Numbered from the stretch's first letter, positions 28,387 through 38,867 are shown. The stretch: 64,000 nt of DNA from Myxococcota bacterium (GCA_020630615.1 JAHDBA010000001.1:155881-219880), one strand, 5' to 3'. A program made the numbers and translations. Notes: generated by a model not told the origin, from the sequence alone.

Positions 28387-30987
28387 ATGAGTACAGAGAA
28401 AGAGCGTGAACTAAATGGACAACTTTTTGCGACGTTGAAAAAGTACTCGACACTCACGCCTGGGCTCTTAGAAGAAAGCTTTAAAAGATACCTCACAAAT
28501 CCAAAGTTAACTCTTGAATCGATTCTGCTGAACTCCGGTGAAGACAAAGAAAGACTGCGTGCTGTATTGCAAGCAGTTTGGCGTTTTGAACCTTTAGGCT
28601 CGTATGCACCCAAATCGATGGAGATTCAGAAGTCAAAAGACTATGCACACGGAACACTTCTGTTGAATACGGGCGGTACTTTTACTGCATTGATTTGCGA
28701 TCTACGTTTTAAAGTTCAACTTGAGCAAGCAAATATTCGTGTTTCGAAATACATTTTTGTCTTTCATGACGAGCTGCAGAGCTTGCGTCAAACGATCGGT
28801 GTTGCTTTGGGCCAGAAAAGTGTTGCGAGCTCTCCGATTGTAAAGCAAGACGACAAAGAGGCACCCTCGTTACCGACCCCAACGCTACACCTTGGTGATG
28901 AGCTTGCACTCACACAAGGTATTCAAGAGAGTAATTTAGGTAAAGGAATCGACTTCACATCAGGGTCGATTCAACGATCACAGAGCGCGAATACGCCGAC
29001 CTTGAATGGTGAAGACGCTCTAATCGGTCGTTCTTTTGGTCCCTATAAGGTTCTTGGAGAGCTTGGCCGAGGAGGCATGGCCATCGTCTATAAGGCGCAA
29101 GACCAAAACTCTGGGCAGGAGGTCGCATTAAAGCTTATGAATCGTGAAGCATGCGAAAACGCAGATTTTCGTAATCGCTTTGAACGTGAAGTGAAAGCAT
29201 CGATGTCCTTACAGCATCCAAATATTGTCGCAGTGTTGGGCTCGGGTGAGGCGCACAATCAGCTTTATATGGCTACCGAATTTGTTCCGCGTGGCGATGT
29301 GCAACAGCTCTTTCGCAAAACGGGGCCGATGCCATCCGCGCTTGTTGCGAAGATTATATCCGAACTCCTTTCAGCACTTGCGTACAGTCATCGACACGGT
29401 CTTGTCCATCGGGATATTAAACCGGCGAATATCCTAATCGGTGGGCTTGGTACCCTTAAACTCGCTGATTTTGGAATCGCAAAGCCGAGTTCGGAAAGCA
29501 ACATGACGCAAGCGGGTGCTCTAATCGGTACCCCAGCTTACATGAGTCCGGAACAGGCTCGCGGCGAGAGTCTCGATGGACGGAGTGATCTTTTTAGTGT
29601 CGGTCTGATGGCTTACGAACTGCTTTCCGGTATCAACCCAATTTTAGATGAGAATCCGTCGACGACGATATTGAATGTTGCACAGGGCAGAATCCCGAGG
29701 TTGGAGCGTGCAGCCCCGTGGGCGGCCGGGCCATTGATTCAAACAATCAATCGATTGATGTCAAACGACCGTGATCTTCGCTATGTTGAAGCGGACGACG
29801 CGTTACGCGAATTGCATCCGATGTTAAAATGGATCGACGGACATTATCCACGCATGGTCTCCACTGTTCTTCATAGCCCAATGGAAAAATCACGACAGAT
29901 GCGCCATGAAGAAGCAAAACTAAGCTTTGACATGGGGCGTCAGATCCTTGAAACACCGTCCTCTCATGATGAAAGTGCCTTTTGGTGGTTAAAGCGTGCG
30001 GCAATGCTAGCCCATGATGAAAAGAGAATTACCTCGTTTACCCAAGATATCGGTCACCAAAATGACTTCGGATGGGATGTCATTGACGATAACAACTATC
30101 TCGAGCTCTTAGAGTCAATTGAAGAAGATGATGATCGAGAGCTTGATCATGCAACCTTATGGTTACGGGCCTCAGATATTGCAGGATCCCTTCGCGCAGT
30201 ACACGCACGCTTTTGCGCTCTCGTGGCGCACGTCGTCGAAAAACCCAACGACGCAATGGGCCGCCACAAGTTGAGTCTCTGGCTCAATGAAAATGAAGGG
30301 GAGAGTGAGGCAAGTGCTCGCCATATTCTCTTGCCCACTTTAGAGCAGCTTGTCGAAGGACAGGTCACCTGGATGACCTCTTTACATTCTAAGGTTCCGA
30401 GCCACGGTCAGGGGGCAACAGGGATCGCAAGTCCGACGCAGCTCGCGCATACAATGCTAAAGACGCGTATGGCGATGAATGCCCCGAACGCGGCACAGCG
30501 ACCCATGAATACCGTTGAGGTTCGCGCAACTCGAAAACGATCGGCCCAAGAAATATGGTACGGGCGTTTAAAAGTTGTTGCGATAGTACTGCTCATTGTG
30601 GGGTTGGGTGGTTTTGCTTTGAGTACTATTGCGGCCTTTTCACGTTCAGCCAAAGAATTTAAAAAGGAAGATGTGAGCAGTGTCGAAGTTCGACTCGAAG
30701 ATAAAAAAATACGCCTTTCAAACCGCAGGCAAAAACGCGAGCTCGCGACGGCAAAAAAACGATTAAAGGCAGATCCTCGTGGTGCTCTGGGTGCGCTGGA
30801 TATGGTGATTCGACTTGACCGTGAATCTTCAGAACACTTTGAAGCGCGTTTGCTCCGTGCAAAGACTCGTGCGCTCTTAGGGCAAAAGAAGAAAGCAAAA
30901 CAAGATTTAGACTATATTATCGAGCACATGGACGATGATGCAGAGTTTGTCTCTCAGGCAAAGGAGCTCCTTGAGACTTTAAAGTAA
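28387..30987 (+). CDS. Hanks-type serine/threonine protein kinase with N-terminal unknown domain, one TM helix and C-terminal extracytoplasmic region
   Basis: GELGRGGMAIVYKAQD (P-loop), VALK, HRDIKPANILI, DFGIAK, GTPAYMSPEQ; TM LKVVAIVLLIVGLGGFALSTIAAF. Confidence 0.85.
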   Translation: MSTEKERELNGQLFATLKKYSTLTPGLLEESFKRYLTNPKLTLESILLNSGEDKERLRAVLQAVWRFEPLGSYAPKSMEIQKSKDYAHGTLLLNTGGTFTALICDLRFKVQLEQANIRVSKYIFVFHDELQSLRQTIGVALGQKSVASSPIVKQDDKEAPSLPTPTLHLGDELALTQGIQESNLGKGIDFTSGSIQRSQSANTPTLNGEDALIGRSFGPYKVLGELGRGGMAIVYKAQDQNSGQEVALKLMNREACENADFRNRFEREVKASMSLQHPNIVAVLGSGEAHNQLYMATEFVPRGDVQQLFRKTGPMPSALVAKIISELLSALAYSHRHGLVHRDIKPANILIGGLGTLKLADFGIAKPSSESNMTQAGALIGTPAYMSPEQARGESLDGRSDLFSVGLMAYELLSGINPILDENPSTTILNVAQGRIPRLERAAPWAAGPLIQTINRLMSNDRDLRYVEADDALRELHPMLKWIDGHYPRMVSTVLHSPMEKSRQMRHEEAKLSFDMGRQILETPSSHDESAFWWLKRAAMLAHDEKRITSFTQDIGHQNDFGWDVIDDNNYLELLESIEEDDDRELDHATLWLRASDIAGSLRAVHARFCALVAHVVEKPNDAMGRHKLSLWLNENEGESEASARHILLPTLEQLVEGQVTWMTSLHSKVPSHGQGATGIASPTQLAHTMLKTRMAMNAPNAAQRPMNTVEVRATRKRSAQEIWYGRLKVVAIVLLIVGLGGFALSTIAAFSRSAKEFKKEDVSSVEVRLEDKKIRLSNRRQKRELATAKKRLKADPRGALGALDMVIRLDRESSEHFEARLLRAKTRALLGQKKKAKQDLDYIIEHMDDDAEFVSQAKELLETLK

Positions 30988-31390
30988 AGCTACGTGTCAA
31001 AATAGGATTCAATAATTAAAGGAGCTTCAGTGACCATAGATGAACCAAAAGATTCAAGAATTGAATATAGGACAGGCGAATCCTTGTTCGTGTCTCAAGT
31101 ATCATAAACAGAAAGAGCCAATATATTGATTCACCCACTTAAGTTCAATTGGGTGTGAGTAGTACTTTTTGGAAGCCTCATGGTGATCGCTCTTCTGCAT
31201 TCAAAGGTGCTGAGTGAAGAGTACGTTTCCTTCCAGCAATGAAAATCTGCTGAAGAAAAATTTATAAAGAATGTATCCTACTGATTTTAATAGGTTAAAA
31301 TCGGTCGAACGACGAGTCTCTGAAGCCTTGTTGCCATAAGCCCATTTTGGAATAAGAGTCGGTCAAATCACCGATAGGAAGGTATGAAGG

Positions 31391-33010
31391 TTGGGTCATA
31401 GTATTCATATGTCACACACAAGAACACCTCCAAGCACTTTGCCACCTCTTGTCGCCTTTGTGGGCGCTCTGCTCACTATGAGTGTGAATGTTTTCGCTAT
31501 GAACACCAGTGATGTGAACGAGCGTGTTGGGGTTGAAATCAATCCAAATGATAGCGTTGAACCTTTGGAGAGTATTGAAGATGTTGCAGCTCGAGAGCTT
31601 TTAATCGAGAAGCCCAACCACGTAGCTCTTCAAGAGTTCACCAATACATTAATTCGAAACGCCCCGGAGTGCATGAGTCATATTGAGAAGACTACATCAG
31701 CAGGACTCGGCTGGTTTACCTATACTTTTTCTTCTTCGGACTGCGTTGAAACATTGATTGAAAGTGCAAGCGCTTCAAAGCTTGAGGTTGAAGGTAAAGC
31801 TCTTCGCATTGCGCGCCAAGGTGTGGTGACAGTCGCACAGATGACGAAAGACGCAATGAGTGCTCAATCTTGGCATCACGAGAGCATGGTTTCAAACGCA
31901 ATATGGTCAGAGCTTCAAGGTCATCCCGGTCAACGTATGGGTGTTGTTGACACCGGCTTGATTCGTGGACACGAAGATCTCGATTCGAAAGATTTTGCGG
32001 GTTATGACTTCATCCATGACGCATCGGTAGCAGCCGACCATGATGGGCGAGATGCTGACTATCAAGACCTGGGTGATGGCGGCGTCTGCAATGGGCAAGA
32101 AGTGAGTGATACGTGGCACGGAACCCATGTGAGTGGGTTAATGGTTGCAGAACCGAACAACGATCGCGGTGTTGCTGGAGTCAACTGGAATGCGGGTCTC
32201 GTTACCGTTCGTGCGGTGGGACGATGTGGCGGCTTTGATAGCGATGTTTATAGCGGCGCATTATGGATGGCAGGAGAACACATCGATGGAGTTCCTGACA
32301 TTGCAGCCGAAGATCGGGTTTCTGTGATTAACCTTTCGTTAAGCTCTCAAGAAGAGTGTAATCCCTACGTACAAACCGTTATGGATCGCCTGGCTGAACT
32401 TGGCGTTATCGTTGTTGTCGCTTCCGGTAACCAGGGAAAAGCAAGTATTGGTGCGCCTGGTTCATGTGATGGCGTGATCACAGTAGGTGCGCACGACCGT
32501 GATGGTGTGATGACAGAGTATACAAACCATGATGCGTCTCTTGATATTTTAGCGCCTGGCGGTGTTCCGGGTGATGGAATGGTGTCGACTTTAGGCCCAG
32601 CAAAAGACGCATACGGATATCGTGTGGGAACATCGATGGCAGCTCCTCTTGTCGCTGGCTCAATTTCCTTGCTTCAAAGCGTATACCCGGAACTAAGCGC
32701 TTCGATGGTGAAGTCGATCTTCCAGAAACTCCCCCGATGTACAGACTGCTCAGACAATACACCAAAGCTTGAGCTTGACGCGCTCATCTCCATCGCGTCA
32801 GAGGTTGTTCCAGGTTTTGAAGAAGAACAATCACGATTGGTCGATGAAGGTTTTCTAGAGTACTATACCGGTGGTGTTGATGGCACGCAGGAGCTTGCAA
32901 GCGGTTGTGCCCAAGCCAGTTCGAACCAACACGGATTCTTCCTTGCCTTTATGGTCGTTCTTTCAGCACTTGCCCGCGCACGCCAAGGTGATGCAGTCAT
33001 CAAGGTGTAA
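31391..33010 (+). CDS. Subtilisin-like S8 serine protease, secreted, with MYXO-CTERM-like C-terminal tail
   Basis: Catalytic-triad motifs VVDTGL (Asp), HGTHVSG (His), GTSMAAPLVAG (Ser); TTG start with GGAAGG RBS; C-terminus …SGCAQASS…FFLAFMVVLSALARARQ (Cys tripeptide + hydrophobic + Arg). Confidence 0.85.
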   Translation: MGHSIHMSHTRTPPSTLPPLVAFVGALLTMSVNVFAMNTSDVNERVGVEINPNDSVEPLESIEDVAARELLIEKPNHVALQEFTNTLIRNAPECMSHIEKTTSAGLGWFTYTFSSSDCVETLIESASASKLEVEGKALRIARQGVVTVAQMTKDAMSAQSWHHESMVSNAIWSELQGHPGQRMGVVDTGLIRGHEDLDSKDFAGYDFIHDASVAADHDGRDADYQDLGDGGVCNGQEVSDTWHGTHVSGLMVAEPNNDRGVAGVNWNAGLVTVRAVGRCGGFDSDVYSGALWMAGEHIDGVPDIAAEDRVSVINLSLSSQEECNPYVQTVMDRLAELGVIVVVASGNQGKASIGAPGSCDGVITVGAHDRDGVMTEYTNHDASLDILAPGGVPGDGMVSTLGPAKDAYGYRVGTSMAAPLVAGSISLLQSVYPELSASMVKSIFQKLPRCTDCSDNTPKLELDALISIASEVVPGFEEEQSRLVDEGFLEYYTGGVDGTQELASGCAQASSNQHGFFLAFMVVLSALARARQGDAVIKV

Positions 33011-33042
33011 ATTCTAAGGTGGAGCAATTCTCCTTCAAATGC

Positions 33043-33324
33043 TCAATCCTTCGCTGCCTTTGAGTCTGCTTTTTTCGATGAACCCTCACTCTTTGTTTTC
33101 TTCGATTTGCTCTCACCTTTTTTAGAATCCTTTTTGGGAGTAGAGCTGTACAAATCTTTGTACCAGCCCCCACCTTTAAGGTGAAACGCACTCGCGGAAA
33201 CCTCTTTCATCAATACATTTTTCGCACCGCACTCCTCACAAATTTTTGGGGCCTTCTCGCCGTGCTTTTGTAAAACTTCAATAAGAGCACCGCAGTTGCG
33301 GCATCGATATTCATATAAAGGCAT
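33043..33324 (-). CDS. FmdB-family zinc-ribbon protein with Lys/Ser-rich tail
   Basis: MPLYEYRCRNCG…CEECG zinc ribbon; GAGAGAGGA RBS. Confidence 0.7.
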   Translation of the reverse strand: MPLYEYRCRNCGALIEVLQKHGEKAPKICEECGAKNVLMKEVSASAFHLKGGGWYKDLYSSTPKKDSKKGESKSKKTKSEGSSKKADSKAAKD

Positions 33325-33493
33325 AAAAATCCTCTCTCTGTGCAAAATAACCAACCCACGCAAAGCGTCAAGCCGAAACACTTTGCAAATAATATTTAGA
33401 AGCTCTGAAACCATGTTTGCAATTCATCATCGATAATCTATGCTCGTATTTACCGAAATAGACCTTGAGGTCCGCACGCGGGAAGGAATACCG

Positions 33494-34147
33494 ATGGCGC
33501 TTATTACTGAAGAATCTGCAAATCACAAAACCATTGTCACTATTGATGGTCCGGCTCCTGGCATTACGCGTTACAGTGAAACCATTCTCCCAACAGAGTT
33601 TGGTGATTTTCAGTGTATCATTTACCGGCGTGAAAACGGAGACGAAGAAGTTGCCATGGTCGTGGGTGACGTTTCTGGAAAGAGCGATGTATTTTGCCGT
33701 ATCCACTCGTCTTGCTTAACCTCAGAAGTCCTCAATTCAATTAAATGTGATTGTAAGAAGCAGCTCGACGCAGCTTTGCAAAAAATCCAAAGTTTGGGTT
33801 GTGGTATTGTTGTCTATTTGCACCAGGAAGGACGCGGAATCGGTCTCGGTGATAAAATTAGAGCGTATGCGGAGCAGGCCAAAGGACGTGACACCGTAGA
33901 TGCAAATCGTGTCCTTGGGCTTCCGGATGACGCTAGAACTTATGCAGGCGCAGCATATATTTTGAAAGATATAGGAGTGACATCCGTCTCACTTTTAACA
34001 AACAATCCTCTTAAAATTAAGGGTTTAGAAAAGAATGGAGTGGTTGTGTCTCGGCGTATTCCACACCTTTTAGAGGCCGGTGAGATCGCGAATAATTACG
34101 TTCGTGTCAAGCAAGATCGTATGGGTCATTTGGGTAGCAAGATCTAG
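33494..34147 (+). CDS. ribA: GTP cyclohydrolase II
   Basis: RIHSSCLTSEVLNSIKCDCKKQL zinc motif, QEGRGIGL, TNNPLKIKGL; start may be 33440. Confidence 0.8.
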   Translation: MALITEESANHKTIVTIDGPAPGITRYSETILPTEFGDFQCIIYRRENGDEEVAMVVGDVSGKSDVFCRIHSSCLTSEVLNSIKCDCKKQLDAALQKIQSLGCGIVVYLHQEGRGIGLGDKIRAYAEQAKGRDTVDANRVLGLPDDARTYAGAAYILKDIGVTSVSLLTNNPLKIKGLEKNGVVVSRRIPHLLEAGEIANNYVRVKQDRMGHLGSKI

Positions 34148-34227
34148 CGAAAGCCCTGTTTTATCGCTCCTCTTGAATATTTCACACATCTCTAACGTCT
34201 CAATGGTAGAGTAAAGAGAGAAGAGAG

Positions 34228-35553
34228 GTGTATGTGAAATTCTTCAGCAGGCAGAAATGGAGCACATTTGAGTTGTCATCACGAGCATTAATGGTCGCTT
34301 CAATGACATCGCTTTACGCCTTGTCTGGGGCATGTATCACCAGGACGATCGTAGTTCGTGAACCAGTTGCACAAAACTTGAATAGAGCCGATCTTCCACC
34401 GGAAGGTGTGGTTGACCAAATGGGGCCGACCAATGCCCTTGATGGGAAAAACCTTGATGATGTCGATTATTTTGTTGAGCGAATGTCACCCTATGGAACT
34501 TGGGTCGTCCACAGTGAACTCGGTCGAGTATTTGTGCCTAACAATCGCTATCGGGGGTCAAGTTGGAGACCCTTCTCAAACGGTTATTGGGCCAACTCTG
34601 CTTTTGGCTTAAGTTGGTATTCGAATCTTCCTTTTGGTTATTACACGAGTCATTATGGGCGCTGGGCATATGACATTGCATATGGTGGGTGGTTCTGGTG
34701 TCCGGGTACCGTTTGGAGTAGCGCATGGGTTTCCTGGCAAATGGGACAGAGCTATTTAGGGTGGGCAGCACTGAGTCCAGCAGGGTTTGGAGTCTACATG
34801 CCGAACCGGTGGGTTTTTTCACAGCGCCAAGCACTAAGGCGTGGTGTTCGACGATACACAACCAGCGGTCGACAATATGACCGCTGGGCTCGTATTTCTG
34901 AAGAGCGAGCTCGGCGAAGAGGGAGAATCGCACAGGGAAGACGAACACGTAGCATTCAGTCTTCAAGGTTTCGCTCTGCGAATCGCCTTGGAAATGTCGA
35001 TCGTCTTGAACATGCGCGAAGACCCGCACATTTGAATCGACTTCGTAACTCAAATTTGGGTATGCGAATGCACCTACGACAGCCGGCGGTGAGTAGGATT
35101 GACAGTCGCGCTGGACGGAGACATGGTAGTGATGAAGTTAATCGGGCCCATAGCAGTCGCTTCAATACATCAAACTTGAGCCCCTCATCTCGAGTACGCC
35201 ATCAGACGCGTCGCAATACCTTCGAGAATAACTTAAGGCGGCGTCCGATCAGCCCTTTGAAGCCAACTCAGCTTCGAAGCCCGAGCAATCGACGTATTCA
35301 GATCCCTTCGGTGCGTTCGTCAGTGCGTCTATCGGTTCCACAGAAGCTTCGTGCACCACGTCAATTGTCGTCGCGAGATCGAGCACGTGCTCGAGCACGG
35401 ATCAAAACGCCTTCGTCAAAACGTATTCGAAGTTCACAAACGAAGTTTCGAACTCGTCAAGGCACATCGTTTCGTTCTCGAAGTCGGTCGAAAATGCGAA
35501 GTCGTTCCTATGGTCGCTCCCGGAGTTCTTTTTCAAGACGTTCACGACGATGA
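34228..35553 (+). CDS. Hypothetical protein with Trp/Tyr/Gly-rich central region and ~150-aa Arg/Ser-rich basic C-terminal tail
   Basis: …GYWANSAFGLSWYSNLPFGYYTSHYGRWAYDIAYGGWFWCPGTVWSSAWVSWQMGQSYLGW… then …RSRSRSKMRSRSYGRSRSSFSRRSRR. Confidence 0.5.
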   Translation: MYVKFFSRQKWSTFELSSRALMVASMTSLYALSGACITRTIVVREPVAQNLNRADLPPEGVVDQMGPTNALDGKNLDDVDYFVERMSPYGTWVVHSELGRVFVPNNRYRGSSWRPFSNGYWANSAFGLSWYSNLPFGYYTSHYGRWAYDIAYGGWFWCPGTVWSSAWVSWQMGQSYLGWAALSPAGFGVYMPNRWVFSQRQALRRGVRRYTTSGRQYDRWARISEERARRRGRIAQGRRTRSIQSSRFRSANRLGNVDRLEHARRPAHLNRLRNSNLGMRMHLRQPAVSRIDSRAGRRHGSDEVNRAHSSRFNTSNLSPSSRVRHQTRRNTFENNLRRRPISPLKPTQLRSPSNRRIQIPSVRSSVRLSVPQKLRAPRQLSSRDRARARARIKTPSSKRIRSSQTKFRTRQGTSFRSRSRSKMRSRSYGRSRSSFSRRSRR

Positions 35554-36233
35554 TCGAGTATTGGAGTGACGGGAAATAGTTTTGAATGCTTCATTGGGCG
35601 CGTCTTTAAGACTCGCCTTTGTATTTTTAACTCAAGTATCGAGTTTGGTTCAACCCGAGTTAATAGCTCCAATTTGAGATAGGCCATTTTGCTACGCGTT
35701 TCATGACATAGTTCTCTTAATGCATACGACGCTTTCTTTGTTTCAATGGATTCATGTAGCAAATACAGGTTGCATTCTTTGCACTCCTTAAAAATTCCTA
35801 AAACCTTCTCCCAGGAGGCGTTCCAAATTGCTGGAGGATCGTTTTTGGTCTTTGAGCGACGCGTTCTATCGGCGAGCAAGATTTCGCAATAGATTGGAAC
35901 AACGCTTGAGAGTGGAAGCGAGAGGTCAAAAGGCTTCGTGTGACCACGTTGCGTAAAGTACTCAAACTCGAAGAGTTTAATCAAGCCCTTAAGTTGTGAC
36001 TCACATTTCTTCAACTTACCTCGGAGGTCATGAAGACCAATAATCTTCTGAATAAGATTGTTTTTGGATTGAGTAATATGAACCTGTTCTTCTCGGATAT
36101 CTTTGAGCTCCTCTTTGGTTAATAAGGTCGTGCAAGCGGAATCAAAGAAGTCCAAATGGTTTAGTACAGATTCAGCGTTATCGATTGTACGTTCATATCT
36201 TTTCATGCCTATAAAAAGCATGATACGTGCCAA
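35508..36233 (-). CDS. Hypothetical protein (no recognised domain) in an AT-richer stretch
   Basis: 241-aa ORF, convergent with and overlapping the 3' end of the previous gene by 46 nt. Confidence 0.4.
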   Translation of the reverse strand: MARIMLFIGMKRYERTIDNAESVLNHLDFFDSACTTLLTKEELKDIREEQVHITQSKNNLIQKIIGLHDLRGKLKKCESQLKGLIKLFEFEYFTQRGHTKPFDLSLPLSSVVPIYCEILLADRTRRSKTKNDPPAIWNASWEKVLGIFKECKECNLYLLHESIETKKASYALRELCHETRSKMAYLKLELLTRVEPNSILELKIQRRVLKTRPMKHSKLFPVTPILDHRRERLEKELRERP

Positions 36234-36369
36234 TCTTAGCCCGAAGCCCTTCTGTTTGATTCCAATGAGTTGTCAGTGCTTGAGAATATTTTCAAACTCA
36301 TCGGTTTCACTATGGTGATTGGGTCTCCCCAGCGTTTCTGGGTGGAACAAAACCTGAGTGCTCTAAACT

Positions 36370-36963
36370 TTAGCCATTAACGGTTTGCAGACCTTCTGAA
36401 ATGAAGATCTCGCTTTTAAAGTATCGCTCTCGGTAAAACTTCAGCTCATGAATCGAGTGCCGAATATCCTCAAGCGCAGTGTGCGCACTTTGCTGGCGAG
36501 GCAAGTGATCTTTTTCCTTAAACCAAGCATGTGAAAGGGTTTTGATCGCAGAAACATCAATCATGCGATAGTGAAGATAATTTTCAAGATTTGGCATGTA
36601 GCGCAAGAGGAAACGCCGGTCTTGCCAAATGCTATTTCCAGCAAGGATACCTTTCTTATGGGGGACATGGTCTGAGATCATTTGTAATGTCTTGCGCTCA
36701 GCATCTTCAAGTGCATGCGGAGAGCTGCGCACTTGGTTCAAAAGTCCATTGTCGGTATGCATCTGACGAACAAAAGGGGACATTCGGCTTAGTGTTTCCT
36801 CAGGGTGCCAGATTTTCATATCCAGACAGTCAATCTCATTAAATTTCTCATCTGTGATGATGGTCGCAATCTGTAAGATTGTGCATGTCTTATCATTCAA
36901 ACCTGTCATCTCGAGGTCCATCCAAACCCAAAAGTGTTTTTGATGTGAAAAAGTGCCCTGCAT
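36370..36963 (-). CDS. orn: Oligoribonuclease
   Basis: WMDLEMTGL (DEDD exo I), GNSIWQDRRFLLRYMP, HTALEDIRHSIHELKFYRE. Confidence 0.85.
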   Translation of the reverse strand: MQGTFSHQKHFWVWMDLEMTGLNDKTCTILQIATIITDEKFNEIDCLDMKIWHPEETLSRMSPFVRQMHTDNGLLNQVRSSPHALEDAERKTLQMISDHVPHKKGILAGNSIWQDRRFLLRYMPNLENYLHYRMIDVSAIKTLSHAWFKEKDHLPRQQSAHTALEDIRHSIHELKFYRERYFKSEIFISEGLQTVNG

Positions 36964-37053
36964 TCAAACCTCACCGTATTGGCTTCATCTGTCTCACATC
37001 ATAGGAGGGAAAACAAGAACGATTCCGGAATATTGCGTCGTTCGGAGTTGAAC

Positions 37054-37908
37054 TTAATCTTCGTACTCGCCTTCATAGGAGATTCGAACTGCTTCATTGT
37101 TCTCTTCATCACCAAGCCAGATGCGCCCTCGCGCATCGTATCCAATACCCTCGAGATCCACATCATCAAAAGCTTTCAATGAGATTCGCCCCCGAACTCT
37201 TGCTGCAAGAGGACCGCTCCAAGAACGCGCAATCTCAACCTCTACAATCTCGCGAGGTTTTTTGATTAAGAGCATGATGTTCCCTGAGAAAGGGTCGTAA
37301 GTCACTTCTTGGAACTTAACATTTTCGTCATCCGAAAGTCCTGGCACTAAGAGTGGCTCGGAGACTTCTCCGGTACGTGGGTCGAATACGATAAGCGCTG
37401 GCGGATTGCTTTTATTGCAAAGCACCAAGCGCGTGTCATCTTCATCTGCGAGATTCATCATCGCAACACCGGTAAGCTGAGGTTCATCGATCCCTGGGAT
37501 ACCCGGCAGTTTGTAGACTCGTGCATCTTCAGTGTCAGCAGAACGCCGTTTCCCAGGATCTTGAAGGTGGGTTAGAGTAGGGCCTTCCCCTTCTGTTGTT
37601 TCATCGAGCACCCACAACGATTTATTGCGCGGATCATAAGCGAGGCCTTCAAGGTCATCAAAACTTTTATTGAGGTCCGGCGTCGCCTTAAAGCTCGTTT
37701 TCCTAAAAAGGCGCGAATGTTTGAGGAGACCTATTTGGTCGTCCGCAACGTACATTTTTCCACCGCGGAACTCAATGTCTGAAGGGGAAGCTTCAAGCTT
37801 GACTCGCTTTTCGATTGTCGCTTTTTTCGGTTTAAAGCTCTCGAACGACTGCATCCAGTCGCTACTAAGATTTCGATTAATACTTCGCGTCATCATCAAA
37901 ACGTTCAC
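37054..37908 (-). CDS. SdiA-regulated/phytase-like beta-propeller family protein (tentative)
   Basis: Repeated DLEG(L/I)(A/G)YD…(L/I)W(V/L) motifs. Confidence 0.4.
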   Translation of the reverse strand: MNVLMMTRSINRNLSSDWMQSFESFKPKKATIEKRVKLEASPSDIEFRGGKMYVADDQIGLLKHSRLFRKTSFKATPDLNKSFDDLEGLAYDPRNKSLWVLDETTEGEGPTLTHLQDPGKRRSADTEDARVYKLPGIPGIDEPQLTGVAMMNLADEDDTRLVLCNKSNPPALIVFDPRTGEVSEPLLVPGLSDDENVKFQEVTYDPFSGNIMLLIKKPREIVEVEIARSWSGPLAARVRGRISLKAFDDVDLEGIGYDARGRIWLGDEENNEAVRISYEGEYED

Positions 37909-37926
37909 ACAAATGAAAGTTAGGAA

Positions 37927-38409
37927 TCAACCTTTAGACTTAAGAGTAGCTTTTTGATACACCTCAAGTGCCTCTCGAGCAGGCCACATGACGAAATGAC
38001 GTTCATGTGCTCTTGGGTGTGGGATTGTCAGCCTTGAGAGTGAAATGTTTTGTGTGGAGTCAATCATGTCGATATCCAGTGTTCTGTGACCATTGCGAAG
38101 CACACGCCGCCTACCACACAAACCTTCGATCGCTTGAAGCGCATAAAAAAGTTGTAAGGTTGAAAGTTGAGTTGAGATTAGAATCGCGGCATTGGTGAAA
38201 CATCGAAAGACTTCTCCACCAAAAGGTGCCGAAGGATAGCTAGCGCTTTGACTCAAAAGCATGATCTGTGGATGTTCCGATATGAGCTCGGTACCACGCT
38301 CAATCCATTTCGAACCATTCGGCTGTGAACTTCCAAGTGCCACCACATGCAGGTTATGGCCCAAATCACGTTTATAGGAATCCAGTTTAAAAAGTGCCAC
38401 CGACTTCAA
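37927..38409 (-). CDS. folK: 2-amino-4-hydroxy-6-hydroxymethyldihydropteridine pyrophosphokinase (HPPK)
   Basis: GHRTLDIDMI…LTIPHPRAHERHFVMWP signature. Confidence 0.8.
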   Translation of the reverse strand: MKSVALFKLDSYKRDLGHNLHVVALGSSQPNGSKWIERGTELISEHPQIMLLSQSASYPSAPFGGEVFRCFTNAAILISTQLSTLQLFYALQAIEGLCGRRRVLRNGHRTLDIDMIDSTQNISLSRLTIPHPRAHERHFVMWPAREALEVYQKATLKSKG

Positions 38410-38411
38410 CC

Positions 38412-38858
38412 CTAGGAGGAACTTTGTGATATGGCCGCGTCCCGTGCGAGTGTATCCACGTGCTCATTCCATGTATTACCCGCGTGTGCCTTAACCCATG
38501 TCCATTGGACATGCCTTTCACAATTGAGCGCATGAAGTTCTTCCCAGAGGTCTCGGTTTTCAACGGGTTTCTTACTCGCATTCTTCCAGCCACGTTTGAG
38601 CCATCCATGGATCCATTCGGTGATGCCTTTAATCACGTAGTTGCTATCACTAACAATCTCAAAAGATGCACCGAGAGGTTGGGCTTTGAGACCCTCGATC
38701 GCTGCTTGAAGTTCCATACGATTATTGGTTGTGTCTGCTGACGACCCATAGCCACTGGAGACGTCTTTCCCCCCCGAGACAACACAAAAGGCCCACCCGC
38801 CAGGCCCAGGGTTATTGAGACAAGAACCATCGGTGTAGATTTGAAGTGTATCACTCAT
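38412..38858 (-). CDS. rnhA: Ribonuclease HI
   Basis: IYTDGSCLNNPGPGGWA…TNNRMELQAAIEGL…HAGNTWNEHVDTLAR. Confidence 0.9.
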   Translation of the reverse strand: MSDTLQIYTDGSCLNNPGPGGWAFCVVSGGKDVSSGYGSSADTTNNRMELQAAIEGLKAQPLGASFEIVSDSNYVIKGITEWIHGWLKRGWKNASKKPVENRDLWEELHALNCERHVQWTWVKAHAGNTWNEHVDTLARDAAISQSSS

Positions 38859-38867
38859 ATCAAGTGC

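Noticed and set aside
28230-28613. 127-aa minus-strand ORF antisense to the start of the Ser/Thr kinase gene
   Set aside because: It is antisense to a strongly supported CDS, and no motif supports it.
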